A stretch of DNA of 62,221 nt, counting the filler, from Sphacelaria rigidula (Eukaryota): NCBI GenBank assembly GCA_964200075.2. It is 9 parts of 9 records of this genome, joined end to end, with 100 filler letters (N's around TTAATTAATTAA, not from the genome) between each part and the next. Parts side by side here need not be neighbours in the genome. Positions count along the whole stretch, not along the records: positions 1 to 6,825 come from CAXNAA020017895.1; positions 6,926 to 13,750 come from CAXNAA020017896.1; 7 more parts are not named here. The stretch is one strand, 5' to 3'. Both the position numbers and the translations under genes were made by a program. The notes below the pieces were generated by a model. It saw nothing but the letters and a program-made list of their open reading frames with translations. It was not told the DNA's origin and did not search any database. Of the stretch, positions 1-11,889 are shown in pieces. Positions within the stretch are counted from its first letter, which is position 1. The number at the start of each line of letters is the position of its first letter.

Positions 1-507
1 GGATGGGCTTGAAAAATGTTGCTCTTTAAACACAAAAGGGCCAAAGCCTTCATTATTGCCGCCGCACCCCCCCCCCCCCCCCCAACCACCCCAGTAGTTT
101 CAAATCGTGATCAATGTTATCCCATTCGCACACCGCAAATATTAGATGGTCGAACACATCAAATGGCCAAGTGAAACGCACGAAGACACACGTTGCTGCT
201 ATCACAACAAAACGCCGCGTTGAGCGTCCCACCGGAAGCAGACACCTGTGGAGCGGGGTGGTGAACACCCCAGCACCAGTTTCACCACGCCAGTTGACGC
301 CCGTTTCAACTTGGCGCATCCTCAAGCAACCACCACCGAATACTACGCGTCATCCGAGCCAACTGAATATGCTGCGGCTGAGGAGCGACCGAAGAAGTGA
401 AAACGGAAGATACGACCGCCAGCCACCACCTGATGGTTGCGCTGAGCGCAGTCGGATCATCCCGCTCGACCTGATATCGCGCAACTGAATCAATACTTTT
501 ATAGATG

Positions 508-538
508 TACACACACACACACACACACACGCACACAC
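508..538. repeat. (CA)n microsatellite in the first intron
   Basis: Visible acacac... tract just downstream of the donor site. Confidence 0.95.
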
Positions 539-565
539 TGCTCCTAACCGTGTCGTTCACCACAC

Positions 566-1909
566 CTTGTTGTAGTGCAGCAGCCACACCATGCTGGAGT
601 TCAAGCAGCCCGACATGAGAGCTTCGATGACCGACCGCGCCATTTCCTGGACGTGCGCACCGTTCGGTGGGTAGGCGCTCACAGCCAGGCTCAGGAGCCC
701 GGGAAGGTGCTGCTTGATTTGCTCGCCAACACCGGCGGTCTTGTCCTTACAGAGGGTCACCAGCAGACGTCCTATCCGCTCCGTGGCTCGGTCCGTCAAC
801 GGCGCGGACGGTGCAGCCACAGCCTCCTTCGGTTGCTCTGTGGTGCCGCCCCCTTGTGCATTCTCACCCCCCTCTTTGTCGACGTTCCCCGCCCCCCCCA
901 CCGGAGCGTCTGATGCTGCTTCATGCACACCGTCGACGGCTCCTGCACTGGTAGCACCAGCGTGGTCGTTGTCGTTGTTGACTTTCGTGTTCTCACGTGT
1001 GGCGTCGGTAAACAATCTGGATCCTTTGCCAACGACCGTGGCAGCGCTCACGTCGTGCATGGCGCTCTCAAACTCAATCACCCGCATGATGCGCAGGCAG
1101 TGGACGAGGTTCGACGGCAGGCCGGCGTCTACGCACAGCTTAACAAAGTCGGGGTGGTAACCATCTCCGGTCGACGCCTCCAACAACATCCCGCAAAGAT
1201 CACCGTGTGACTCCGGCCGCAACGCCTGCTCCACCAAATCCTCCATGTTCGCCTCAACCTCCGCGACGGTATCGTAACTATCTACCCTGTCCTCCGCCTC
1301 ACCGGAGCCCCCGGGACTGCCGCCGTTCAGCAGGTTCAATAGCTCCCCCGTCCCTGCCCAACGAGTCCTCTTTACACTTGCCGCAGGGGTCTCCTCATTG
1401 CCGGCCGCCAGGGGAGCTGGCCGCGCCCGAGATACCTTGCCAGCGGAGCCTGTTATCTTGGTCTTTTGTCCCATAGCCGCCGTTCCCGCCCGCGGGGAAG
1501 GTCCACCCAAACCGCCGGCGCCACCAGCCGATGCTGCCTGGGTTTCTCGGGCTTCTTTCAGGATGCGCTGGATCTCGCGGACGAGCTTGAAGGCCACGCA
1601 GGAGATTTTTTCCGCTCGCTGGGCGTCCATGGCGCTGAGAGCGCCGCTCGAGCCATGCAAGTGTCCTCCGTCGTCCCGCTTCTTGCCTCTCCCCATCAGC
1701 GCCGAGACAGAGACGTCCAGGAACGATGACGCCCTGCGCGAGTGGCCTATTGTCGAGCGAGATTGATCATGCGGAGGGTCTGGATCGAGGACACCCGATG
1801 AGCGTGACGAGGGGCCGCCGCTACCGCCGCCGCCGCCGCTGGGATTAGGCGATCCGCTACGCGCGGATGCACCATCCTTATTGCCGATCTTTTTTATCCA
1901 TCCGAGCAT
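566..1909 (-). CDS. First coding exon (448 codons) of a WDFY3/ALFY/LvsA-like BEACH-domain protein, N-terminal part
   Basis: Long GC-rich ORF from the ATG at 1909, ending at a phase-0 donor AAG|GTGTGG (566/565). Segments GLPSNLVHCLR, RLLVTLCK and LLSLAVSAYPP...SVIEALMSGCLNSSMVWLLH resemble, from memory, the WDFY3 N-terminal motifs PSTLVKCL, ILVKLC and LLFSAITSWCPP...VVKYIH. The BEACH domain itself is not in the window. Confidence 0.75.
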
Positions 1910-4900
1910 AGTGGTTGGGTGCAGTTCCTATGTGCCTCGTACCCCTCGCTCGTGTTTCAACCGATGAGCTGCCTTATGTGTCGCCTCTAGATGTCGTGGC
2001 GGAGTCGGCGGCGGCCGGGCTGATGGGAGGGCGCGCGTTTGCACGTGCTTCTAGGTTTGATTGCCTCTCAAGGCACACTTTCTTTCGCCACTGACTAGTA
2101 TTGATTTCTGTGCGTGTCATGAGGCGAAGCTGTAGATAACGTTCACAGCGTGCGTCGGATTGCGGCGATCCTGTGCGCAGGGGAAGGTGGGAGGGTGGGC
2201 GGCAGGCGGCAGGCAATCAACGGATTTTGACAGAAGTTGCCTGTTGGAACAACAAAAGGTTGGTGCAAGTATGATGCCTTCAATCTGAGAACACTATTTC
2301 GGTGTGTGTTTCACATATTCAGCAGGGTAGAAAACATCTCGATCTAAGCCGTACAACGCACGCAGTGCGGTCCACCGCCAGAAAGCGAAAGCTCCGCTCC
2401 GGCTACAGTGCGTGACGCATATCATACACGACGCGTGCTCACGCAGAAGAAATATGCGGGCACTGTACAGTCAGACATGGTACAGCGCACCGACACAAAG
2501 CCCGACACACCACAGGATGGTGGGTGCAGACCCCGTAGCAGTTCAGTACACACCAAGACAGTACAAAAGGACAGTAATACCGCATCGTTCTTACAGAACA
2601 GTCTACCCATGACAGATTAGTCGTAATTTCAAAGGTGTGTATATGTCTGATGGCCATTCGGCGATGCAATTGATCAGTAGTACACCATTGAATCACCAAA
2701 CAGACCATATTGGACCCCTTGATTCACCTTATTGGGTCATCGCGCCCCCTTCTCTCCTTGCTTCTTCGTAGAGCAAGCGAGTTCTCTGCCCTCAATGCGG
2801 TTGATGAACATAAAAAAAAATAGATCAAAAACTTTCCCCAACAAAACGATTTCTCCGATCCGTGATTGATCGGAATAGCCTCGATAACAGAAGTGCTCGT
2901 TGCAGATAATTTGCGTTTTTTTCATGCACAGATGATAAGCACTGCACATCATGCCCCTACATGTACATTTATTGATATGGTCTGTTTCCCGTTAGCCCGT
3001 AACCAACTTGGCATTATGTAATATAACATACATGATATATGCCTGACGAACAATTTCACGACGGACTGGTGGGTACCCCTTCTGAAATTTGGCGTACCCG
3101 CCCCCTCCCTAGCTGCTCACCCCCATGGCGAAAACGCGGGGCAAATCGAAAATCCTCTCTGCTACACCCACCTACAAAAAACTACGCCCTTCCACGTACG
3201 CCATCGAACACGGGGATTTCAGGCCGTTAGCTCAACGCAGCCCTTCCATCGAACAAGCAGTAGGTGACCCTGGGACAGAGCCGTTTTTGGAAAACGCGCA
3301 CGGGTCGTGTCGTAGTCGTGTTCCGCTGCCGCTTCGGGCACGAGCTGGTCGGAAGCATTTGTTTCCCGTACAACAGTTTCCTGCATACTCGGTACACGAT
3401 CACCCATCTCCAGGCGCTTTCGTCGATCAACATGCTTGGCCGTGATATCGCCCGGGAATTGCCAAGCGACATATTTGAGGTACGAGAATCGATAATTCCC
3501 ATGACGAATCAGGAGTATTGTATCTCAGCTGATGGTTGGGAAGTCTGGCGAAGAGGCGGGGCGAGGTGCCGCCGGGCGGGAGTGTGTGTGTGTGTTTCCC
3601 CAAAGATATCAGTCACTTGCAGCGGATATAATAATCATGTACAGAAACGCACGAAATCTGGAGAGGATAACACCGACCATGCTCGCACCGCCCATTGCCC
3701 ACCGCCCACCGCAACATGGACCTAACGAGTGCGTTGATTAAGGCTCATGAACCGTGAGTATGATGTCAGGCATCTCTACTGTACGCCAATTTTATTACTC
3801 TCATGAAAGCCTACGCAGTCGCCGGGAAAGCCGGTGCGACCGACCAACAAACAGTGCAATAATTGAAGCACCTGTATGTGTGTGGAGCGTGATATATCGG
3901 CCACCTGTTTTGGATTTCTTTCGTTTGGATCTTCCAGTTTTTGACACAATTGACCCAGGTTTCGGACCCAAAACAGGAAATATCAACAACACGCGTCTCG
4001 GACACTATGCATCACTCCACTGGGGAAGTCTATTGTAGTGCACTAGCCCGATTCGCTCAGCTCAGAGTCTTTTAGACATCCTCTCAACAAGAACCCAAAG
4101 GGAAATAAAAAAATGCGGTGTCTGTTTTGAAATTTAACGTCGTGTTCACGTTTTCCCCTTTTCTCATCCGGTCGAGTTCTTGTCCCGAAGTCGTCATCAT
4201 CATCAAAGCTCAGATGCCGTTTATTTTCAAATCTAGGTGCCAAACGATGTATCAGGCAGGTGGGCTAGAGTCCTCTTGGGGCGTTGGTACATGGTGTCCA
4301 ACACACGTGTAGTCTATACACATGTTTGAATCCATTAAAAACGGTGTGGAATTTCTCAAAAGTGAAATATCCGAGGGAGTGTAACTCCCAAAACTAAGGC
4401 GGGAGGTATAGGTTTTGAACCTGGTTTTCGACGTCAGCGGTGCTACGATTATAAGTATGCCTGTACCACTACTGTGCAACTATTATAATGTCTGGCTGTT
4501 CTGCAGGATGCTCGGGCCATGCTATGCCCGTCATTTGGTGAGGGCATGTACACATATTATTACTGGCTTGCACACGCTATATCAGAAGCCTGGGCAATGG
4601 AGAGAATCACAGGCCATTTCCTACACCGCGGCTGTACTGGTATTCAAAGATACACACGTGTGGTGCATCTTTTCACCACTGAGTCGACAGCAAGGAGAAA
4701 AGACAGCGCATTCCCATAATGAAAAACCAAGGGACTGTACCCCGTACTTGTACTGGTACTCAGTTCCACATAGTCCCACCCTTCTCCTCCCCACAATATG
4801 GTAATTGGTTTTGAGGCGAAAATCATTTTATTTTTCTAAAATTTCGTTTCTTACGTACATTTTTGTGAAGCTTCATTTGGCTTGGCCTCGAGCCCGAGAG

Positions 4901-5740
4901 GTTAACGGCTGTCCAGAGGATAATCGTATAATACTCATTGAAAAACGAGCTTTGCCAGACAACGTTTGGTTGCTTTCAGTAATGATAGAAGTAACACCGT
5001 GCGCTTAGCTGACGGTCAATTGAAGTTGTTGTGGAATGTCAAACCCGTAGTTTCTGTCCGAAACAGTGTGCCGTCGCATTCTCTGATGTATCCGCTATTA
5101 TACCCTACCCGCCTCTAATCTTCACAATCCAAGAGAGGGACAGATGCATATGTAAAGACCCCCACCCACTCTTACTTTCATCCTTGCCCCGCACTCGCTC
5201 CAATTACTTTAAAGTAGATCTTTGCTAGTATGGAAATACGATACGCTCAAGAGGACTGAAGATACTGGTGGGAAGTGATGCATGAAATGCGAGTTAAGTT
5301 CGTCTGTAGACTCGTTGAGACGGCACATGCAGGTAGGCTTTTCCATTCCTGTCGTTTCGAAAGGTAACAAAGTGATCGCTTCACCAATCTGAGATCCTCA
5401 AAATATTCATTTTTTCTAATTGTAGGGGCGTCCAGGATGCACTAAATGATTTCATGCCTCCAAACACGCCATGGCTACGACGAAGGAAGGTGTCACGCTC
5501 GAGATCGGGCAACGCGAAGTACCAAACCCACGTGAACCCCAGTCACCTTCCGCCAAAATTTGCCTAACCTTACCCACGATCGCTTTCCGCGACACCTTCG
5601 CTGACATCGGGTATATCTCACGCGATCCTAGATCAACGTGGTTATAATACCCAAACAACGAATCGATTTTGAACGCGCACTAAAGCTCAGTAGGTAAACA
5701 GGTTTGACCGATCCCTCTTGCCCAGAATTAAACGACGGGG

Positions 5741-5800
5741 TAGGTAGGTAGGTAGGTAGGTAGGTAGGTAGGTAGGTAGGTAGGTAGGTAGGTAGGTAGG
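5741..5800. repeat. (TAGG)15 microsatellite
   Basis: Perfect tetranucleotide array. Confidence 0.98.
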
Positions 5801-5949
5801 AGAGTAGTGACACGAGGCAGGGATCAAATGGCAGTCTCCCGAGGGGGGCGGGGTTGAGCAAGCATAGTAGAGAGCTTGTGCGAGAAGCGTATCATACGTA
5901 GGTAGGGCAGTGTGTCGGCAGGATCTGACGGTACTATACGCGTTTTGTT

Positions 5950-6150
5950 TGACTGATTGACTGTTTGACTGATTGACTGGTTGATTGTTCCCCAGGGACC
6001 CACCCGTGGCCACACGATAGACATACCCGAGATAAAACTAAAACTAAAACAATCGCTGAAGGGAAGTGAAGAAAACAGAAAGGGTAAAGCGGGCGAAGAG
6101 AGTGGGCTAAAAATGTAAACGAAAAGAAAAGAGTACTGATCGGCGAATCA
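5950..6150 (-). mobile_element. 3' end of a non-LTR retroelement (LINE/SINE) with a (CAAT/CAGT)n tail
   Basis: Related cores (ATCTTGTGACCATGGC...CCCCGGGG...GACAACCAATCAA followed by a tetranucleotide tail) recur at about 15040-15240 (+), 26540-26630 (-) and 56298-56400 (-). Confidence 0.55.
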
Positions 6151-6825
6151 GCGAAGCCGATATATGTGGAAAATATCGGTGGTTACGCCTTCAGGCGCCA
6201 GGCGAGTGCCCAGCCCGAGTCAAAATGCTCCCGTCCCTGGTCGGTGAGGGGGGCTCACTGGAAGCGCCGCGGAAGGCATGGAAGAGATGCGGATTGGATT
6301 TATTTCCCTTCAAAATCAGGCTCAGAATACTCGAAAAATAGCCTTGGAGCAACCAAATCAAGCATTCCCAGCAGTGGAGAAAACGAGAAGGAGATTATTG
6401 AAGAAAGAACACACTCAATCAGGACGTACATGAACTAGGAAAATTTTGAAGAAACACCGACACAGCACTCAAAATAACCATGGTGACGCTTCGGTTAAGG
6501 TTGAGCGTCCTACCGCACCAGCGAATTTTATGCGCGATTCAGGGCATTTTTTCCGTTTTTGTTTCATGCAGTACAGTACTGCATATCATCAGGCGGTGTG
6601 AGACGAGATCCATACGATGCGTAACCTACCGCGAAGGTAATGTCACCTCGAATGCTTTTGTAGACGCACCAGAGTGCAGCAAACACGTCTCGAGCACGAG
6701 GTTCAAGACACTGGTGAGAACCACGAAACGTCTTCCCCCCCCAAGCGTAGTGACCGTAAACTAGGAACACCAGAAACAAGCACGGAGTTCGACAAGGAAT
6801 TCGAAAAAGAAATCAATGCGTGGGC

Positions 6826-6925
6826 NNNNNNNNNNNNNNNNNNNNNNNNNNNNNNNNNNNNNNNNNNNNTTAATTAATTAANNNNNNNNNNNNNNNNNNN
6901 NNNNNNNNNNNNNNNNNNNNNNNNN
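6826..6925. other. Artificial 100-bp spacer N44-TTAATTAATTAA-N44; also at 13751, 20676, 27601, 34526, 41450, 48374 and 55298
   Basis: Eight identical spacers with stops in all six frames, at a period of 6925/6924 bp. Confidence 0.99.
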
Positions 6926-7222
6926 GGTCTACCCTGGGCCATCACTACGCTCTGCTCCTATGGTTGCCCCGCGGCTGTACTGAGTAAGAGAGGCTTGTAG
7001 ATAAAACATGATGCTAAGCAAACACGTGAGTTCCTTATCAAGAGTCTGAACATGAATGAATCTACTTTGTGATAAGTCAAGGATGGATAGCTAGGTCTGT
7101 GTGAGTTTGCCCGCGTGGGAGCTTGGTGGGTTGGCACCATGGTATCTCCTGGCACTCATACTGAGAGACCCCAGCCAGTGCATTAGCTACTTTCCATATG
7201 ACAATTGGCGTCGACGGTAGGG
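6926..7222 (+). mobile_element. 3' part of a 5' LTR followed by a tRNA-Ser-type primer-binding site (PBS)
   Basis: LTR-like end ...ATATGACA (7203), then AT, then TGGCGTCGACGGTAGGG (7206-7222). This is complementary to a tRNA 3' end CCCUACCGUCGACGCCA, similar to eukaryotic tRNA-Ser ends (...GUCGACG-CCA). Confidence 0.6.
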
Positions 7223-7424
7223 GGCTGCGGCTGAACAACCCTAACTTATGACAGTAGCAAACGCGTCACGGAATTCAGGGTCTACGAGCAGACCGGCACA
7301 GAGCTTTTCTTACAACGCCTTTGAGCTTCATCACACTCAGGCACTCTCCAGTGCACATCGCACCGTGATCGTCGTAAAGTGTTTAGGTGCCCAACAGTAC
7401 AGCGAGAACTACAGCATAGAAATG

Positions 7425-7835
7425 GTGGGTTTGTGGAGCGTCATATTCCTTTGACTCGAGACGAAACAGCCAACACACCATGAGGGTTTCAACGGTGTGT
7501 AGAGAGCACTGCGCCCCGACAAGATTATTTTTCATACGTAGAGACGAACAGAATGACAATATGCAAGGCAACTCAGGTACTCCCAGCGGAGATCGAAGCG
7601 TCTCCACAAAGGCCTGAAACGCCACAGCGCAGCGACACCTACAGCACACAAGGCAGAGCATGAGTGTGTTTGTGCTGCAGCACAGTGGTACAGGACATGT
7701 CCCATTCGAAAGTTCTTTCTCTGATCTCGGGTGGGTCCTTGATGTTTCCAGTGGCGATTTTCAAACGCTGGGCCATAATCGCGAAGATTTTTAATTCACT
7801 TTGAGTTACTGTACCCCTTACTGTGGGAGATGAGC
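7425..7835 (-). repeat. Interspersed repeat, homologous to 29915-30296 (+)
   Basis: Shared blocks such as GCGTTTGAAAATCGCC, GGACCCACC, GTGTCGCTGCGCTGTGGCGT, GGCCTTTGTGGAGAC and TTTCGTCTC.AGTCAAAGGAATA occur in the same order in both copies. Confidence 0.85.
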
Positions 7836-8118
7836 CAAAATGTTTGAGCGCATAAGACGCAAAAGCCTGACTGTGATCTGTCACGAATTCCCGGCGCAGC
7901 TTCTTCCGAGACCATGCAAGTTGTTCAGCACAAGATAGGCAAGCTACACCAGCGGGTTGCCATGTTTGGTGCGATTGCTTTTTGTTTTCAAGCAATATGA
8001 TCGTGGTCAAGCTACATCACTCAAGCAGGGTGGGAAAACATTGACTTCGCGCAATGGGGATGATCGTACTACGTAGTGTTCAGATGGTAAGACACCCCCA
8101 TGAGTTTAGTTAGACCCT

Positions 8119-8335
8119 TGTTATGCGTGAGACGATCGACCGCGTGCTTAGGGGACCGCATTGTCGTCGGAAACACCTCGGGATGAGCGTGGTTCAGTAC
8201 ACATCAGGCGAGTCCCTGCAGAGACCTCTCTCCTGACCCTAACCCCAACACTCACCCTTCCCGTAACCCTAACCATAGGGATGTTCAAATTCCGATGTGC
8301 GGTCCTCTAAGCGCGCGGTCCTCGCACGCGTTACC
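8119..8335 (+). mobile_element. Telomeric-repeat-containing TG...CA MITE, diverged copy
   Basis: Degenerate terminal inverted repeats (TIRs) TGTTATGCGTGAGA..GACCGCGTGCTTAGGGGACCGC / GCGGTCCTCTAAGCGCGCGGTCCTCGCACGCGTTAC, with internal CCCTAACCC units. Aligns with 12866-13082. Confidence 0.85.
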
Positions 8336-9489
8336 CCATGGCTGCATGTCTCTCTGTTCTGCACAACCACCAATCAGAAAGTACATATCACAAGGCTTAC
8401 AGAAGAACAAAATTAGCAAGATGCAGCTCACCGTTCATGCGACGCATCGAACGTACACCACGGTGCTTCGTGCTTGATGAGTAATTCCGAGCCTGGCCCG
8501 GCAAAAACCCGACCTGCTCCTTCCTGCTTTGTAGGCATGCTTCAACGAGCACGAGCAGCTACGGGTCACGCAGCGGATGGTCAACACTCTACCTTGACTA
8601 TGCGTGACAAGACACTAGCGGCTTTGTCTTGTGTACCTTTTATGCTGTAGTGAGACAACGAAAAAGGTATGGAAAATGACAAGGTTGCCCAATCTTGAAT
8701 CGTGAAACGGTACAACGGAGTGTATAGTTTTGTCTGCACTCCTTGCGAGCAGTGTCTTGAGTGCGTGGGTGCGTGTTTCGTACAAGAGGATATCAAAGAG
8801 GGGCGGGCAAAGTGCAGTGCAGACAGCTAGGACTATCAGTCCTCTCTGCTTACAATGCGACGTGAAAAGGACTTCAGCAACGTGCAACTTTGTACTGCCT
8901 GCACTGTTGTCTATGAGCGTGCACGCAGCTCGATTCGATTGCCCACCGTACCAGGCAGTTCCGGCGCTAATCCCTACCATCAGAGATCAGAGAAGACGCG
9001 CAAGTTTTCGCCAACAAAAAATAAACAAAGCACATCCGACTACTGCGGTGCTTTCATCCATGGGCTCAACTCGTGCTCTATGCTGCAGGGTTGTGGTGGT
9101 AGCCGAGAATGAGTTGGATGGAGCCTGCACGGTCCTGTGAACAGGTGTCATCTGGCGTAGTGGTCTGTAAGATAGGAGACAGGAGTCAATAAGTGCCGCT
9201 TCGTGCCTTTCGACCGCATGTTTTCGATCGAAAACGTTTGTTTTGTCACCTCGAACAATTCTTCACCGCGCGCCACTAATTATAATTTTGAGTGGAGGCC
9301 ATCTAGGAACATAAATGCGGTGGACCTATCAGATCGGCAAAACAAAATCGACCGCATTCTTTTGAAAAAAAGAAATGCGACACACCTATTTCATTCATCC
9401 GGAGGGTGAGACAACGAAGAGGAGGGCGTGAAACCAGAATGATCTCTGGGGGCCGGGCCATCCATACCATCGCTGTAGAGTTGCAGCAG

Positions 9490-9756
9490 TCGACACATCC
9501 CTCTGGAGGGTTTCATTTTGATGTAGAGCCTCCGCAGAATGCACGCGATCACTCTAGGGGGAGCCCAAGATCCTCCCTCCAGAGGGTCTCCAGTAGGCTA
9601 TTAATGTACGGGCTGACACACCCTCTAGAATGGTAGAAATTGGACCCCTCTACCACTTTTTGCCCCTCCAAAGGTCCTGTAGAGGGTGTTTTCCCCCTCT
9701 AGAGAGAGAAATATCCCTCTAAAAAGGTTTTGGGGCGAGCCAAGTGGCCGGGTGTG
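9490..9756. mobile_element. Probable DNA-transposon end with clustered palindromic subterminal repeats (CCCTCTAGAGGG-like), ending GGCCGGGTGTG
   Basis: About 9 degenerate copies of CCCTCY.GAGGG within 260 bp, with an abrupt junction to RT coding sequence at 9756/9757. Confidence 0.45.
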
Positions 9757-11793
9757 AAAGTTGACGGAAGATGTGAGGAGGAACAGATGTTTGGTTTTCA
9801 ACCGGTCAGCGTCCTCGGAAATAGAGCATTCACGAGTAGCTCCATTAGGAGCAGTGGTCACCAGTAAGGTCTGCATCATCCACGATTTTTCGTTCGATAT
9901 CAATTCCAAACCCGGTACAAAAGGAGGATTGAACGCCGTCACCAACCCCGACGAAATTCCAGCTTGTCTCTGTGCCGAGGCCCTACCACAACTACTGCTC
10001 GAAATCCTACGGCTTAGAAAGAAAATCCCAAACAAACGGATTCTCCTGTCAAAAGCCGACGTAACGAACGCCTTTCGGAATATACGCGTAGGCGTAAAAC
10101 ATTAGCATGAATCTTGCTACGTAATCAACCGTATTTTAGTAGCCGATTTTCGACTCACCTTCGGCTGGACAGGGTCCCCGGGTTTCTGGGGCCTGTTCTC
10201 GCAAGCAATAGAACATTCTCATCGTCGTACCACTCCGACCAATGTAGAAATACTAGAAGAGGGAAGGAAGATGATGGAACACGTACGAATAGTCCCGCCG
10301 TGGGAGGTGGGTCCGCCCACGACGGTACCGTCAAACATTGAGGTGACCCCATTGAGGGGAGGGCCTGACGACCCGTTCTTTGCAGTGGTTTACGTAGACG
10401 ACTTTATACTACCAAAATTCAACACGACCATGAGGACCAATCAGCACTACTAGTATCCGCCTCTCTCGCTTCTGATCACCTGAGATTATTCGAACCAGAC
10501 GAATGTGGTGAAACTCCAATCCTAGCACCCAGTAAGAGTACCGACTGGGATACCACCGTGGAGGCGCTGGGGTACACGTTCAACACTCACAGCATGCGGA
10601 TTTCCGTCCTCACCCAAAAAATCAAAGCAAATCCAGGAATTGATGAAAAACGAATGGCCACAGTATAGGTCGCATGCCTCTATTGCCGACATACTGAATG
10701 TGGCCGAAATATTGTGGAACCTCACCTGCGTTGTCCGAGCCGGTAACTATTTTGTTTGGCAGCTGTTACGAGTATCCGGTTTACATCACGCGGGGTGTAG
10801 ACAGCAGGAGAAAAAAAAAAAACTGAAACTGTGGTGGGAATTCAACGGGGATATCTCCTTTTGGAAGTGGGCAATCGATCGTCAATCACTTTACCAAGGC
10901 GAAGCACTCGGCGCTTCTCTGTTTTCTCAGGTAGATCGGCCGGCTACACGGCACTATTTTTCGGACGACAGCTTCGGTGCCGTTGGAGGATATTGCCCAG
11001 AGTTGAAGATTGTTTGGCGGCATATCTTCCCCCCCGCCTTCATGTCAGAAGTAGTCCACAAAGAAAAGGTTAGAGAAACTTGTCCCATCACGATCAATAT
11101 TTTAGAATTGTGCGGGATGATGATGACGGCGTGCGTTATCCAGATGTTCCTTAGACTAGTGCCGAGATAGCCCCCCCACATCAAGTGTACCGGAGACCGT
11201 TCGACAAACCGGCTGCTATCTCACTATTGGGCTCGTTGGCAGCAATTTCGCCCACATTAGAGGCGTGCAGCAGTCCGAAATCAGCTATAACGCCCAAATG
11301 AGTCGCGTCGTGCAGCACGAAACCAGTTTATACGGCATTTATGATCATCGCCCCCGTGCACGTTTTTGGCCGGTTCGGGGGGGGCTATCTCGGCAGCAGT
11401 CCTTAAGGGAAACCCGCAAAGCCAGGAGAACCAGTTTTAATGCGAGGCGACAACGCCTCGGCCGTATCGTGGGTGAACCGCTGCGGGGGTTCTCGTGACA
11501 GGCGGGCTGGCCTACTCATGAGAATGATGGGTCGCATGGAAATCGCGACCGGATGGTGTCCAATAGCAAAACACATTCGAGGTATTGACAATGTCTTGGC
11601 TGACGGAATTTCGAGATGGCCGGCGGACGAAGTCCGAAACAAAATAAAACAATTAACAGGAGAACAGGGCTGGAATGTTTTCGACATCGGTTTTCGGGGA
11701 AAAGCTATATTCGACGTGGTCCTCCAAGAATCGATGCCAAAAAGACGGCTAGACGACGAGTTGTGGGCAATCATCAATGAGCACATGAATTAA
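9757..11793 (+). pseudogene. RT-RNase H of the YR retrotransposon (disrupted)
   Basis: RT motifs: APLGAV, IIHDFSF, SKADVTNAFRNI, LTFGWTGSPG, YVDD. RNase H motifs: YFSDDS..AVGG, INILEL, GDNASAVSW, HIRGIDNVLADGISR. Confidence 0.92.
11154..11401. mobile_element. 248-bp MITE with 24-bp TIRs and a 4-bp CTTA TSD, inserted in the RNase H
   Basis: TIRs GACTAGTGCCGAGATAGCCCCCCC ... GGGGGGGCTATCTCGGCAGCAGTC (2 mismatches). CTTA lies at 11150-11153 and 11402-11405. The insert separates INILEL... from GDNASA. Confidence 0.88.
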
Positions 11794-11889
11794 CAGAGGG
11801 ATACTTGCATCTCTTGCTCCACCCCGTTTTTGGGCACCACACCTTCCTTCCCCCAATCGTTATCCACTCTCAAAACCCACTAGGAACAA

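Noticed and set aside
575-1766. Several + strand ORFs overlapping the BEACH-like exon
   Set aside because: Antisense shadows of a GC-rich coding exon.
3414-3479. 66-bp exon-like segment (ALSSINMLGRDIARELPSDIFE), faintly LRR-like, with other candidate + strand exons at ~4311-4405 and ~5229-5332
   Set aside because: A single short unit lacking the conserved LRR Asn; the companion segments contain stops in most frames.
6870-6881. TTAATTAATTAA palindrome repeated eight times at regular spacing, as a biological repeat or array
   Set aside because: It is always centred in N-runs at an exact period, so it is a synthetic six-frame-stop linker.
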